Origin: Lama glama
Lineage: Eukaryota
Length of the DNA stretch: 64,000 bases
Assembly (NCBI GenBank): GCA_028534125.1
Contig: CM052818.1
Span: forward strand, 35,776,001 to 35,840,000
Direction: 5' to 3'
In this document: in pieces, positions 36,959 through 51,994 of the stretch
Layout of the letters: the number at the start of each line of letters is the position of its first letter
Numbering within the stretch: position 1 is the stretch's first letter
Program-made: the position numbers and the translations under genes
Notes under the pieces: model-generated
What the model was told of the DNA's origin: nothing
Seen by the model: the letters and a program-made list of their open reading frames with translations, nothing else
Databases searched by the model: none

Positions 36959-38279
36959 CTAGGGAGGGGAAAGACATTATTATTCAAACATCTTCACTGG
37001 TTTCCATTACAATATTTTCATGATGCATATTATGAAACAACACTATTAACAACCTCACTAATGTTGCAAACTATCAAGTAAGAAGCTTCTGTATTACTTG
37101 AAACTAAGGAAAAACAGTGGACGGTTAGTACTACTGTGAAATATCAGCACCACTTAAAAGGAAATAGTGCCTAAGGTCCTGTAAATTTGATAATGGTTTC
37201 AGTTAAATGGGAAAGAAATCTTTCTCAGCCTTGGGAAAAAATCCAATACGTGTACTTTTAAACGTCTCAAAATTTAATACAAATAATTAAGACTAAAATA
37301 ATACTTTCAGTTGAAAGAGAATCTTCCCACACCTCTGTTTACAAAGTATTTATTCATGACTCCCTTGCTACAGCTTTTAAGTATTTCAACTCCAAAGAGG
37401 AAGACTGGGTAAGGAAAATACTGTGTCACTGATGTAAAAATTAAAAAGGGTGACATGCAGACATAGCAGATGTTTTGAAAGAGAAATCACAATATGAAAA
37501 AAAAGAACTGTGCTAATTCCACTCACAAGCATAAATTAAACTAAAATTAGAAACAGCAGAATACGGAATTCAAATTTTCATCGAGTTCTTTACTCAAATC
37601 CGTAATTATGACAACAGATTTGTGACTGGTATTACCATGTTCCAATAAGCAAATATATCAGATGAGGGAAAGATGAAGTGAGGGAAAACGTCTTTGTTTT
37701 TGTTTAATGCTAAATTTTAAATAGTTGTAAATGCAGGGTTTTGAATAATTCATAGGATAAAAGAATGGTTTCATGAATTTACCATATATAATAGTGTAAA
37801 ACATATTTTAAGAGGAGAACAAATGAGAGGCAATGACATTCAAAAATCTCAAGTTGATTGTTTAATAATTTGTAGTTTCAGAAATTGTTAACGTAAACTC
37901 AGGAGCCATTGAGTATGCCCTAATGAAAATAAAGCATTTCTAAAATTAAAAATAACAATATTAACAAACTCAAATCTATTATAAGACCATAAGTTCATAT
38001 AAGAAAAGTTGAAATTTTTAGCCACCTTTTTGGGTTTTATCCCTAAAACATATGTTCAGCCTCACCTTTTCCTGTCTCCCTTTTTGAACAACAAAGCTAT
38101 TCTAAGGCAACAAAACTAAAAAACCCAGTATGAATATACTGATTATATACTCATCATACTAGTTAACACCTAATTTAAAATCTGTTTTCTAGCCATTAAG
38201 AGTATAAAAATTTTTTTTTCTCTAAGAAGAGATATGTGAACTGACTTATTTCATATGAAGCTCTCCAAATAAGTAGTAC

Positions 38280-38427
38280 CTGTCGATGATATGAATTCCC
38301 ATGATGAAAGGTTGCATGTCTGGACTTTGAGGATAGCAAAGTTTACACTTGGTGTGAGCGCTAAGCATTGTCCCATCATTCAATATGAATCTATAGGATG
38401 GGCTGGAGGCAGTGCCACGAGTCATCA
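38280..38427 (-). CDS. NCOA1: NCOA1 coding exon 6/15, PAS-B C-terminal half, 148 nt
   Basis: cag|TG then MTRGTASSPSYRFILNDGTMLSAHTKCKL...GIHIID, ending AG|gtacta. Confidence 0.98.
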
Positions 38428-40106
38428 CTGTTTCAAACAAAAGAGAAACCTAGTTAAAATTCTGACACTTGTACTTTGGGCAGAGGAGAGTTACCAAGCC
38501 TTCTTTCTACCTAGAAACTCATTTTTTTATGCCCTTCCAATTGCTGCCTGCTCAGACTCAAAATAAAAAATGTTCAAATAAAGCAGATATTTGAGGGGGG
38601 AAATGATTCCAGATGAAATATACCACCTGATGACCACTTTTAATTTAGTCCTACTTGATTGAGTGCCTCCTCACAGAAGTAATGATTATGAAGAAACCTC
38701 AAACCACACTTAAAAAAATCAACCTTAATCTTTCCCTATAAGGGGGCAGCTCCTTAAATTTATTAAATGTCCAACAAAAATACCAAGAAGTAACTTTCTT
38801 CCCTCCCATTTTCAGTATCTCTAATAAGTATGCCCCCGACCCTGCCCCACCCCATCTGGCTGATTTTTAAAAATAGCTTTATTGAGATATAATTAATATA
38901 CCACAAAAGTCACCCTCTAAGTTTTGATTAGTTTGCAGAATTATTTAACTAAAATTCAAATTTAATTTTTCACTCAGGAATGTGAATCACAAAGGTCCCC
39001 ACTTGAGAAATTATTAGTTTTATATATATGTATTATTTTTGATGTCTGAAAATTAGTAAGCAAATTAAGGTAAAGCCTGATTTACTAATATAGAACAAAT
39101 GACTAGTAATGATTACTGATACAAAACAAAAACTAGGTTAAGGAAGTCAAATCACTATGTAAATACCATAATTTACTTTTGTCTTAAGCTTTATTAACTA
39201 CAGACAAAATTCTAACTACGTTGGTAAGTATTTATTAAATACTTAAAGGCTATACCAGACTACTAAGTAAGTAAATTTCATTCATATTTCAGTAATACAA
39301 TAGAAATCCATTTTAAGAAAGATTTAATAGGTATATTCATCTATACCCAGGTCAAAAATCATATCCACTGAAACGCAAGAATTACTACCACAAATGATTA
39401 TTATAATTTAGTCTGTAATAAATGTTAGTCCTATTTTTCAAAGACATTTCAGAAAGGGCTTCAATTACACTTTAAAGACATATGAAAAAGACAAAATGAC
39501 CAACTGATAAATAAGTTTTGAGGCTACATCTTACTTTAAGTAGAGAAAAGACCGGTTCTATTTTATTGTCTTGGGTGTGCCATATAAAATGAAGAGGGCA
39601 TAATCTGCTGTAAATCCATACCATACGTAAATCTGCCTAAGTACAAAAACCAGGATATAAACTTAATTGAAAGAATTCCTTACCTATCTGGAAATTTCAG
39701 CCAAATCACTGGCACATTTACCAAATATATCACATGGAGAAATTTAGTATCTAATGAAATAATAAATGATGAAAAAGAGTCTTTAATAGAAACTAATAAC
39801 ATCTGTGTAAGGATATAAATGTTTGCTATGTTAAAACTCTAAAAAATATTAACAATTCCTAACAGTTAATATCTTTTGATAATGTATTTTGGAAAATACA
39901 ACTACAATTTTAAAAAGTGGCATTTAAGGTAAATCATTAACCTAGAATAATGAAAAAGCTACAGATACATAAAGGGCCAGTCAAGATACACTATATTTCA
40001 TGTTATTTTGCTTCTGCCATTTTGTTCTATTTCTTCATTACTATTTATTGCTTTTTTAGGATCACTCCGCTGGAAAACATTCACTGGCTCTTCAACACTG
40101 AGCTGA

Positions 40107-40258
40107 CTGTCTGTCCAATATGACAGTCACCAGGCACATGAGGCAAATTAAATTTTAAGCTAATAAAAATTAAAATTCAGTTCCTTAGTCATACTAGCCA
40201 CATTTAGAGTACTCAACAGGTGCATATGGCAAGTGGTTACCATATTGGACAGTACAGC
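40107..40258. mobile_element. MER3/MER33-like hAT MITE
   Basis: Inverted ends 'ctgtccaatatg' and 'catattggacag', with a typical interior. Confidence 0.8.
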
Positions 40259-41059
40259 TCTACAACCTGACATCATTTTGCATTTCCAATCTTATTCCTT
40301 CATTGCTTCCCAAATATTTCTTCGATATCTCTTTGAATAGGAGGCAGATAACTTTTTATACACTTATTTTTCTTCTTCAGGTAGAATAAACATAAGGGCT
40401 AGTAGTAGCATCCCATTCTTATTCCCCTTTCCACAGAAATTGTATGATGCTTTGCACATAAAATCATCCAGTAAGTACTTCTTGATTTTCAACTTGAATC
40501 CCACCCATCTCAATAGGTTAATATTGACTTGTGATCAACTACCATAACTTTTCTTTAAAGAACAGATTTTAAATCTTGGCTATGATTATCCTGTATCTCA
40601 ATTTATGTTTTTGCTTATGTGGGAAATCTAGACTTACTTTTATAATGGAAATTAATGAAGAGAAATTTTTTTCGTTTTTTGACAAGCCCTTTAAAGGTGA
40701 GAAAGAACTACAAACTCAGGCTAGAATGGGAACATTAAGATACTTAATGTGGATTACAGAAACATCAATAGTCCTTTAGTAATTATGCTGCCTTAAGTAG
40801 TTGTAGGATCATATCTAAACTAGTAAAAATTTCAAAATTGGGGAATACCTATTAATTTAATACAGGAAATGATTACACTTTTAAGTTTTGAAGTTAGATT
40901 ATTTATTTTGGATGATAATGTGTGGAATAAGACTTAGCACATCATAATTCACAATCTTTGAAATGAACAAAAGGCAATATTAAATATAGTAAAAATTTAA
41001 TTAATTAGAACCTAATTAAGACTGTCCAGTTAACTAAAATTGAGAGGTAAACAGGAAGG

Positions 41060-41255
41060 CAGCAAGGACCAATCAAAAGAATTAAAGCCTAGGAATCAGA
41101 TTTAGGTTTGAATTCTGTCTTTGTCATTTACAAGTTTAGCATTTAATAATGCAAATTAACCTTTGCCCATCATCACTAAAATGGAGCCAGTTTATTGTGA
41201 GATAATATTTAGCATGGAGCCTGGTACATAGCAGGTACTGAATGAATATTTCCTA
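41060..41255 (+). mobile_element. MIR fragment
   Basis: 'ggaatcagatttaggtttgaattctgtctttgtcattta...tttattgtgagataatatttagcatggagcctggtacatagcagg'. Confidence 0.6.
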
Positions 41256-42529
41256 AATGAACACTAAAGAAAAAAAAGTAACAAATAAGCAGCTTCCAAA
41301 GTATGTATGTCCTGAGTCATACTCACTCACAGTCTGCCAATCCATAGACACTACTTATACTAATAGCTTCAACCCTATATAACAATCACTAATATTCTAC
41401 ATTAAGACATGAGTATGGGAGCCATAATTCTTTCTAGAACTGGATGGCTAAACATATGCTCTACACACCAAACTTTCCCCATAGGAAAGATCTGGGCTTG
41501 GACAAAACTATTTGGAATTTCATTTGATCACAGGTCCTGGCCTTGCTTTCTTATCTAGTTTTGCCAGGTTTTGATCCCTGACTCCTGTGTTCATTTCTAA
41601 AATGTTTAGAGTACTTAGTGAGGAGGGATGTTATTGATACGGTATTATGACACCCCAGAAACTCTTCAAAGAGCCTTTAAAATGGCAATTGTAGGAGGAA
41701 AAAGGCATAGTAGGCCTACAAAGCAAAGGGAACTGTTTTCTCTGGCCTTAGCAGCTACAGATATAGAGCTATTTGGGTTTTTGACTCCATCCAGTTTGGT
41801 GCTGAGATAACCTCAACAAGTACGCCTTACTGATATTAATCAAATGGGTAGGTTTAAAATGTGTGTGGCAAGGTACTACAGGTCAATGTTGGCAGAGATT
41901 TCTCTTTCTTTTTGTTATTTCCCTAGATACATACAGGAAAATGCAATTCAAAAACTTTTATTAAGGTAAAGAAAAAAAATTACCCTAGGTGATCTAAGAC
42001 TTTTAATCCCCAATGGGTAAACTCTACTCAGAACATCAAAAATTCTAAAAAAGGAACATAAACTCATGTTCTAAATATTTTCAATAAAATTTGACAGAAA
42101 AAGATTTTCAGTAAATTTTGTGATACAGACCATGGACATTCTAGTTAATCATTCATATGGGTACTTCTGTTTTACAGCAATGCTTCCCCACTTCTTGATA
42201 CTACAAACTCCTTCCTACTGTCTCATGATTTTTTTTAATGAAAATAACTTTATTTTGTGATTATAAAGTTAAGATAATAGAGAAATGAACAAAAAGTGAA
42301 GATAAACTCATATAATCCCATCACTCAGAGATAACCACCGTTAACATTTTGTGAATCTTCTAGTATTGGATAGATATACAAGAGTGAGCTCTTTCTATAG
42401 AGGCTGTGTTTTCTTAGCTTTTTAAAAAAATATAACAATATATCATGGACATCTGTCAAAGGCAAGAAATGATCCATTACATCATTGATAATAGGTAAAC
42501 AGAACTTTCGTAAGACTTTTCTAGGCTAT

Positions 42530-43650
42530 TTAGCCTCACATTTCCCATGACTACTACTCTCCTTAAGTGCTAATAGATGTGCTACAGGAAGTAGTATTCT
42601 GAGGAAAAATGAGTCTCAATAACAAAGTTAAACAGGAACCTATATTGGAGAACTCCCTAGAAACTTAAATACCTTAAATATGTCTATGAATCCCCCGAAG
42701 TCGGAAAATGAAACATTTCTCATATTTAATTCAGTATGAAACACCATTCCTTAGTTACAGCTATTAATATCATGTAGAACCTAGGTTTATGTTTTCTAAA
42801 CGCTTCTGTAAGAAAACATTTTAGACTCTGATTCAGTAATGTGGGTGAAGTCCAGAAATCAGATTTAACAACTGCCCCAGATGAATCTTACCAGGGATCT
42901 CTGGTAAGCATTTAACCTAGATCTTTTTCTAAAAGAATGGTTCTGAATTGAACAGAACTTGGGAAGCTTCTCCAAACTATATTTCTGCATGGACCTTCTC
43001 TTGGTTTAATAATTTCCTCAGGTGATCCTGATACCCATTTTCTCCCCAGTCTCAATGGAGAACCACTGCTTTAATGTAGTTCATGCTGAATGCTCCCACA
43101 TATTCTTAGGCTAAAAAGCATTTTCAAATTTGATTCTGGAAAATAAAATAGTCAACACCCTTTAAAAGTAGTTCATGATCTGTCTCTGTCAAAAGCAGCT
43201 GAAAAATTAAGATAAGAACTTAAATCTTTAAAGCATATAAGTATTTTTTTTAATAACAGCCAATGCCTTCAAAAAGTAAGCTAAAGGCAAGACAAAAGAC
43301 AGATGGAGGGCAAATTTTTTTCCCTAAATATTAATCACTGTAGAGTTTCACATTTTAAAAGTTTACACAATATCCAGGATACAGTGGCACAATTTGTTTC
43401 ATTTTTTTCACCCTGTCCCTAAGTGAAGAGGCAGCAAGCACACGCAAATGCAAATTTACACCTCTCTCCATTCTTGATAGACCAGTGGTTCTCAAACCTT
43501 GTGTGCTGAAGCATTATCTTTGGAGCTTGTTAAGATACCTGGGCCCTCACTTGAGATTTGAATTCAGCAGGTCTACATCTTTAACAAGTGATTCCCATAT
43601 AACTGTTTCATGGACCACATTTTTCTTACCAGGTTAGATACCACTGAATA
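42530..43650. mobile_element. Cluster of degenerate hAT MITEs (MER103-like and MER5-like)
   Basis: 'cagtggttctcaaac' terminus at about 43483, 'gagaaccactg' at about 43058-43068, and MER5-like 'tttaacaactgccccagatga'. Confidence 0.55.
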
Positions 43651-45039
43651 TAACATATCAGAAAAAGATATGTTTAACCCATGAATGCTGTTTGGCAAGT
43701 TGTTTAGAATTTCTAAAACACTAGAATCAGAGTCATGTGAATTCTGGACAATTTAATTTTGAGAAAAGAAGTTATTTCTAAAGAGGAATTTTTTTCTAAG
43801 AAAAAGTGTAAGAAAAGGACATTAAGAAATGACTAATGTAGAAGAGGTGTTGAATTATACTTACATTTCTTTACATTTCTCTCTAAATTGTTTCATTTCG
43901 TATGTTAATAGCATATTATTTACTTACTACACTTTAATCAATCTATTTTATAGAGAATTTCAATGGTTTAGAAACATACTTTAAACCATGGCTCAATAAC
44001 ATCTATGAGATCTAGACTTGCTTTGCCTTGGTCGAAATGTATATAAATTATAGGTAAATAAAGTTAAAAGTCTTTTAAGTAAAGCCTTGGAAGGTCTAAT
44101 TTATAAAGGTAAGGCAAAATCGAAGAGTATCACATACTTCAGCACTTCAGGCAGTGAGCAGAGACAGTGCTCTGAGTCTCCTACTAATGCAAAAGTCAAG
44201 TGCCACTCACTGCTGGTGGAGGGAGTCACAAAGTTTGCAACCAGTGGATGCACTGGTTGCTTAGTGTAGTGGTTTCCAAACCTGACTGCATTTCACGACT
44301 GCCTTTTTAAAAAATATATATTCTTGGTCATTTCCATTGAAATACCATCTTTGAGGACGGTATCAATCTAGTAAGAAGCCCACCGAAGAACCATTAGTCT
44401 GGAGGAAGCTGACCCAGAAGTAACCACACTAGTGAGATTCATATAGATTGCTTCCTGGAAAAAAAAAAATCAAGCTTCTTCCTCTACATACATACCATTA
44501 GGAAGCAGCTGACCTAAAATGTAATAAATGGAAAATCATCTGTAAACTTAGGAAACCTAGTGTTATAGGAAAATGTTAAGAAGGGTGATGAAATAATGAA
44601 AAAAAATTTTAAATTGTTTTTCAGGAATAGCCATATAAAGAGTCTCTTTCCAAAGAAACTATTTACTTAGAGATTAGAATAAATTACACTGGGAAAGGTG
44701 TATTAGGCTACCATAATTACATGACAATATTTTTAAAGTACATCAAAATCCTTCGTCTCTGAATCTCTACGAACCTTCTGGCCTTAACTCTCAGATAATT
44801 TCCGTATCTTTCCTATAATACTGTTAAGTTCCTTAAGGGCACGGAATACACTTGTTTCATATTCCCACAGTACTTACTATGACACAGCAGCTGTTCAATT
44901 ATTAATTAATAATTTCATACAACTTGAAACTTCAACCTGAGTCAGGAGATACAGGTACTATAACTGTCATGAAGTAGACATGCATGATATAGATCTGTAT
45001 TTTCTAGGAGCCCTCTGATATGCCTATTCTGCTAGGAAT

Positions 45040-45320
45040 GATCTTCAAAAGCCAGATAAAAATATCACTTCCTCTCTAAAGCCATCCCTGATTCTCCAAG
45101 TTGGAATTAATTTTTTTCGTCTTTGGTTATATCTCTGTTATATCCCATGCCACACTGATCTTTAAACCTGTCATATACTCTCCAGACATATTTTGAATTC
45201 CCTGCAGGAAAATCCCTGCTTTGGTCATCCCTATGTCCCTGGCACCTTAATAGTGTTCTATGTATGTGAGGAACTTGATACATGTCTGCTGAATGAATGA
45301 ATGAATGATTGAATGAGTCA
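45040..45320 (+). mobile_element. LINE-2 3' end with (TGAA)n tail
   Basis: 'cctggcaccttaatagtg...gctgaatgaatgaatgaatga'. Confidence 0.75.
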
Positions 45321-45538
45321 GTGATCACCACATGATATCCTGTTCTTTAAAATGTGCATCCCAAAATTCAGGATCCACTCATGAATTACTTTGCTTACCC
45401 ATTTCTTCCTTTCCTAAAACTGATGATCGCAAAAACTGTGATTTGGAGAAAATACTTATCAAGCCATAAATTCTATATAAATTATTCAATATTAATAAAG
45501 AGCAAGGTTAGTGAAAATAACTGAGAGAAAAACATTAC

Positions 45539-45679
45539 CTTCTTGAAACAGTTGTCTGGCATAAGATGGCTCTCGGCCCTGAGGTTGGAAAAAAGCATAA
45601 ATGCACTTCCTCACTAAATCTTCCCAGCCAGTTCTGCCAGCAGCTCTCAGGGAACTAGTATCAATAGAGATGATTTTAC
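45539..45679 (-). CDS. NCOA1: NCOA1 coding exon 5/15, PAS-B, 141 nt
   Basis: tag|GT then KIISIDTSSLRAAGRTGWEDLVRKCIYAFFQPQGREPSYARQLFQE, ending G|gtaatg. Not in the ORF track. Confidence 0.97.
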
Positions 45680-47719
45680 CTATACAAAGAATGAAAGTTT
45701 ATCTTTATGATAGCCTCTTGATATAAGTGATTCATATTTCAAAACTAACAACTGCATCTAAGAAATATTCTGCCCTGCCCCAAATGATTAATGAACAAAA
45801 GCATTAAAAAGCACTACTAATTTTTATTACATATGGTAATGGAGGATATCAACTCAAATCTATTGTGCTGTTAGTGCTTCCTCTTTTAAACTAATTCCTC
45901 TTTATATATTCTACTTGGTTTGTTCAGAAATAAAGTACTTATTAGACTTCTATGTATGTAGGGTCTTGAATCTAATTATACCTAAGTCTGTCTGATCAGG
46001 CTGTCACCCTAGTCTTGGCATAAATGTAGATGATAGAAAGAAAATAAACTAAAAGTTACATAAGGGAATTTTGTTTATTTTAGAACAGTTTGGGGAAAGC
46101 CTGGTGAATATTGTGATTGAAACTATACACAATTTTGGATTTTTCTAAGAGTTTTATTTATTCAATCTTTGTCTCATCACATCAAAGACTAAGAGTTGGT
46201 TGTAGCAGAGACTCCACTGTTATATGATCTTCATATGCAATACTCCTCCTCACAGGCAGTGACTAAGGGAGGCGTGCATGTGTTTATGTGCTCATGGTCA
46301 GTATTAGCCCACATGAGAGGAAGGGAGTCTGTAATTGTGGGACTAAAGGGGAGAAAGAGTAAATAATCAGCAATGGTAACAAATGATCAGGTAATGCAAT
46401 GACTACCTTAGAAGAGAATCATAAATAGGTTGATTTAGAATACTTCTGCTTGCTAGAGGAAAGTTTAATCAACCAACTAACCAAACAAACCACTATTCAG
46501 CATTTCCTGGTAGAAGACTTCTTTTTAAGGGACATGAATCACCATAATTATATACAGTCGAAAGCACTACTAAAATTTAAGGAATTAAATATCTCACACT
46601 ATTGCTAGCTTATTATTTTTTATCTAAATCAATTCTATGATATAATGCAATGTTAGTTTTATATTTTAAAAATACTTTGTATTTCTCTGGCATCTTTCTA
46701 TTTTATTTCTATTTTATATTTTTTCTAGTGTCTTTTGTGTAATAAGTGTGTATAGTATGGTGATGTCCCTTTAATAGTGCTTAGGTGGAAGGCAATGCAA
46801 TATAAAGGAAGGTTCTATGTTAGTGCCTGAAGATGTCAGTCTTCTTTAAAACATCTAATTTAGAGTTCAATTTATAGAAATGCAATATGAGGAAAAGCTG
46901 AAATACATTGTTCCTAAATCATCCTCATAATTTTTAGGCCTCCTTTGTCTCCCACATTTATTCTGTGGCCTGACCGTTACCCCTTCCCAACAGGCTTTTA
47001 TTCTGCTATTTCACAAGCCTTTATTTGGTTTTACTGACACAAAAGACCAGTTTTATTTTTTAATGGACCCTATTTTTCCTTTATGTAATAATATTTTTGG
47101 TTTTCAATAAGGGTTTACTAAATTTTTCCAGTGCTGTGCATTGGTGGAAAACAGAAAGGAACCTGTACATGGTAGTCTCACAAAGGGAATGAAGAAACAT
47201 ATGGGAATTGATCATTACTACCCTCAGATGCTGTATCTCCAAGCTCCGAGACATTCTCTTTACTATATTCTATTATCTGTGCTAATGTATCCTCACCTAC
47301 TCTTTAGTAAGAGCAGTTGAGAGTTTATCTTTAAAAACACAAGAATAAAGCACACATTAGATTTCTGGGACTAAAAAATTAGTACATATTCTAACAGCAT
47401 CTTATAAGCAATGATAAAGGTGAAAAAATACATTAACACTAAATTTTCACGAAAAATAAAATTTAGTAAAAATGATTTTTAAAATCTTGGTCTGTTAAAA
47501 AAATCTATCTTTAGTATCTGTCTCTATTTTAAAATTAGAGCAGTGACTGATACATATATAATTTTCATTGATGTAAAAGTATGAAAACCTGATGTGTTAG
47601 AGTGAAGATAAGAGTAAACAACATATGTAAAATACTTTATAAAGAACAGTAACAATTTGTTTTTACTGAAAATGAAATCTGAAGTAGGCCTTTAAAATGC
47701 AGGGATTATTTTCAGGCTG

Positions 47720-48135
47720 TTGTTCTTCCTCACTTTGTGGCTCTCCTGCCCTTCTCTCAGTTCTTCAAACACACTTCGCTGTCTTCCTAAGGGCTTTTAC
47801 AGCTCTGCTTCCTCAGTCAGGAGCACTCATTCTGCACCATGACTCTTCCTCAGTGCACCCTTCCAACACTCATACTCTGCAGAATTGGCACCACCTCATC
47901 TTTTGGGGCTGGAGGGCACGGTATCAGCTCCTCAGACAGGCCTTCATTAGCCAGCTAATTTTAAAGCAGGTCCTCCCTATTAGCTTCCCATATACCATTT
48001 CACACTGTTTCTATCAAAAAAAGTACCACAATTTGTAATTATATTGTTGCATTTTGCTCAACTATGTAAATGCTGAGCAATCACACAGCGATAGGCACCT
48101 CTAAGCATTCAATCAGTATGCGCTGAATAAATTCA
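47720..48135 (+). mobile_element. LINE-2 3' fragment
   Basis: Pyrimidine-rich L2 body ending 'cattcaatcagtatgcgctgaataaa'. Confidence 0.6.
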
Positions 48136-48507
48136 AAGAGAGAATAAAGGGAAAGAGAAAGTACTAGATACATTTAAGCACAATATTAAAATCACCATTT
48201 TGTATCTATTTACAAATAAATATATTGACATTTACATTGCCAAATTTCTTTCCATGATTATGAAAATAATTTATAACCTAAACAAATATAGATATGTGAA
48301 TAGTTATAAAATAATGTTCTCCTCAGACCCACAACAATGATTATAGTATCTAAAAACGCGCACTATCAAGACCACCATTTAAAATGTTTTCTGTGCAGGA
48401 CAAGTGAACAGAAGCCAAATAGCAGAGAACAGAGGGACACAATTAGTTTTAAGGGCATAGTCACATCATTAATACCGACACAACATTCTAAACTTTGCAG
48501 TTAGTAC

Positions 48508-48603
48508 CTGTAGTATCTTGCTTGGTCATAAAGGATTCTACACCCGTAATAGCCAGAGGCCGAGGTAATCGCCGTGCAATACAAATCAAACATGACTGGA
48601 AAT
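48508..48603 (-). CDS. NCOA1: NCOA1 coding exon 4/15, 96 nt
   Basis: cag|AT then FQSCLICIARRLPRPLAITGVESFMTKQDTT, ending G|gtacta. Not in the ORF track. Confidence 0.97.
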
Positions 48604-49893
48604 CTGCCCAAAACAAGAAGGGTAAATTGAAGGGAAAAGGGTAGAAGATGGCCGACATCTATCATCTGTCATTAATGGTTTTTATAAAAACAATATATAT
48701 TATAGGATTTGACACAATACTGGAGTCACTCTGATTTAACAGTATAATATTAGAAATAAAACTGCTTGCAACCAAAAACTAGCAGCTCTGGGTAGAGATT
48801 TAGTTTGCATAAATTATCCCTTCCCATTGAGTGTTCTCACATAAACTGGAAGAGACTGATGCATCTCATACTTGGATAACAACTTGAAGAAGCAGTTTTG
48901 GCTAGACTTAAGCAACACAGTGGTTTTTAAAATACAGTTTTATAGTCAGTTTCCTATAGTCATCAGTACTTAATGGCTACAAAGATTCCTATAACCACTA
49001 TGTAGATAATAATTATTGTATGAAAAAAAACAACATTTAACTGTTTCTGAAGAAGCATTCTTTTGCCCTTGACAGAGGACATTTATATTTTTAGGATCCG
49101 TAATTTTTTTGAAGTCCCATTTCCAAATTTTTTGAGAGGTTACATACAATATTACTCAATTAAGAATAGACTTCAATCATATAAGACAGACTTGAACGTG
49201 TATTTTGTAAAAAGTCCCCAGTTGATTGTGGCACCCATTCCCTGGTGAGACCCACTACATATACTGCCTTTTTTTGCACCTGACTTATTTCTCGTCTGCT
49301 ACCTTCCCTGGTCCTTAACTGCAGTTTCCAACTTGTGGTGTTCCTAACTTAGCTCAGCTGAAGCTCACATGGAAAATTCATCCAGTGTAACGTATTTAAC
49401 TAATACCACGTTAATACCCTGTTCATATTAGAGCTTCAGCTGTGTTTTCATCTGTTCATAAGCTTTTCCCTTATAAATTACCTTGTATGGCCTCAAAATG
49501 CTAACTCTATTCTCCAATGTTCTGCACACTCTAAGCTTGAAACTTTCTAAAAATCGGAGCTGTTCAACAGCCTGCTGCATCTGGTACATTTCCAACTGGC
49601 AGCAGTTAGTTACAGCTCTTATTTCTAGGCAGCAAGTTGGTTTGAATTTGACATTTCAGTGGGAATGCCAGCTTAAAACTGAGAATTTGGGGGCATTTTA
49701 AAGGGGTAATTCTAGATGCTAACAATTTTTTTTAAGTATTAAGAAACACACAGCAAACTGAATATCCACTATGATACACAATTCAGTAACCAAAAATACT
49801 ATCCGAAGAAGGCAGTTTATAATCAATTTCCTTCCCTGTTCCTAGAGCCATGGAAAAAGCAATCAAACACCTTAAAATCACCCTTTGTTTTAC

Positions 49894-50073
49894 CTTCTCC
49901 ATCCTCTTGAATTGATTTTGGCTGTGACACAGTGAAACACTGCATTACTTCATACCGCTGGCAAGCTTCTTGGTTCTCGGTACCTGGCTCATCTGGAGGG
50001 TGAATTAGCATCCTGCAGTTAAAGGTATGGCTATTTCGTCGTGTTGCCTCTTGAGGCCAAGGAACTCCATTTA
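49894..50073 (-). CDS. NCOA1: NCOA1 coding exon 3/15, 180 nt
   Basis: cag|TA then [22 protein letters not shown]...KSIQEDGE, ending G|gtaaaa. Confidence 0.98.
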
Positions 50074-51994
50074 CTGTGAAAGAAAAATTGATTATATGTC
50101 TGTGAAGAAGGTGAAAAAGTACAAACTCTGAAGATACAAAAGACATACCTTTACCCATCTGCTTAATTAGATACGCAGACTAAAAGACAGGCAGACCTTT
50201 TCAGAAGTAACATTATCTGAGGCAATAGGATACTTACTTTCCTTAGGAAATCTAAATGTCTACCAATTAGGAAAATGTAAAATATGCAAGAAATTGTACA
50301 GGATTTCCTCCCTCAAAGATGAGGTCTTACAAATATCCTAATTCATTAACAGCTTTTATAAACAGTTAAAAACAAAATTAAAAATTAATAGCTTATTGCT
50401 CTTTTGCTCAGAATTTTACAGCAGTTATCAGTGAGTTTTTCCATTTGTTTCCTGTTATTCCCTGGCAATGAAAAACTGATTGAAAATCTTAGGTCCATTA
50501 TCAAGCAGGGGTTTTAACCTGGAAGGCATGGATTCTTAAGGATGGGCTGTGCGCATGTGCACCTTTTTGGGGAGAGGAGTCAGTTTCTCAAATGAGCCTG
50601 TGACTCAAAAAAATATTTAAAATAGATAGAGACCAATCTTGGCTTCCTATGATCATTTTTTTCTTGCATTTTAACTTATTTACACAGTTTATATGCTACA
50701 ATGCCTAGAATATAATGGGAAATCAATAAATTATTACATAAAAATGATTATTAAAACAGAAATGTTACCCGATTCAGTATAAGAACATTGAATTCAGTTA
50801 TAGAAACGATCTGCACATTTCAAGTGAGAATCACTGTGTGGCGAGTTACTACTTCCCAGTTATAAATTTATATTCAAACCATGGTGGCAATTAGAGAGTT
50901 TTTAAGACTTTTCTCTCACCATTCCCAACAGTTTTCTTACCATATCCTCTCCATTGAACCATTCCTTTTTACTATCTCATCAAGCTATAACTGTTAGAGG
51001 AAATCATGGAAACAAACATATACCAGAGTAAGTAGTCTTGGTCCTGCTTTGAGTTAGTTGTGAGGTTGGGTTAGTAACTTAATCTTTGCCTCATCTTTAA
51101 AATAAAGGAATCCACTATATTATCTCTAAAATCATTTACATTACAAAATTCTGTAACAAATACAAAAAGATTCCTTGATAATTCAAGTATCAAACGAGTG
51201 ATTTTAATGGAAATAATTTCAGGCCCCCAGTTACTATAAACACATACTACCTTTTCAAAGAAAAAATAAAGCTTCCATTTCATCGAGTGAACAATGTAGA
51301 AAATCAAGAGCTATGGATAACATTTTATTTGCGTATGCGATTTAGTTATATAGGATTTCTAGCCAAGACCCTTCCCTCACTTCTGGAGTACATACAGGTT
51401 AAAGAGTAGGCACGTGGCTTAGTGAGTGAATTTCCACAGGCTGGAAATTGGACCCCCACCCGTCCTCTTAGCTAGGCTCCTCTGGCAGTGAACAATCTCA
51501 CTTGGAATGCCTGAGTTGAAATCATTTACATCCAAAAATGCTAATTTTAGTAAGTTTGTAATATGAAAATATATTCCTCCCTCCTCTCTTTTGTTCCTCC
51601 CTCCTTTCCTCCCTCCTTTCTTTTCTTTGAGCAAGGTGGTGGGAAGAATATACATTTGTCTCTTTCTTGGACATAACTGAAATTGAAAACAGAGGGAATT
51701 CCAAGTTTCTTGTGGCAAGGCAACCAATTGCTCTGCCTCCTAACACTGTTACATGATTGTGGTATAATCTAGAGGAAAAGGATAAAAGGAATGTTCTCTA
51801 TCAGCTATTTGATTACATTCCTCCTTCATATTTAATCTCAGGATTAAATTAAATTTAAAAATACTTTTAATATGTTATGACATATATTAGAATAATACTA
51901 CATATTACAAATATAATAATAATGTATAGGATATAGTATGTAAGGAGAAGCTACAGAGAGTTCATACTCCTTTAAAAAACACATTTCTTTGTAC

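Noticed and set aside
35422..36987. 521-aa ORF as a stand-alone gene
   Set aside because: It is the large NCOA1 exon plus intronic flanks; the true boundaries are 35638-36958.
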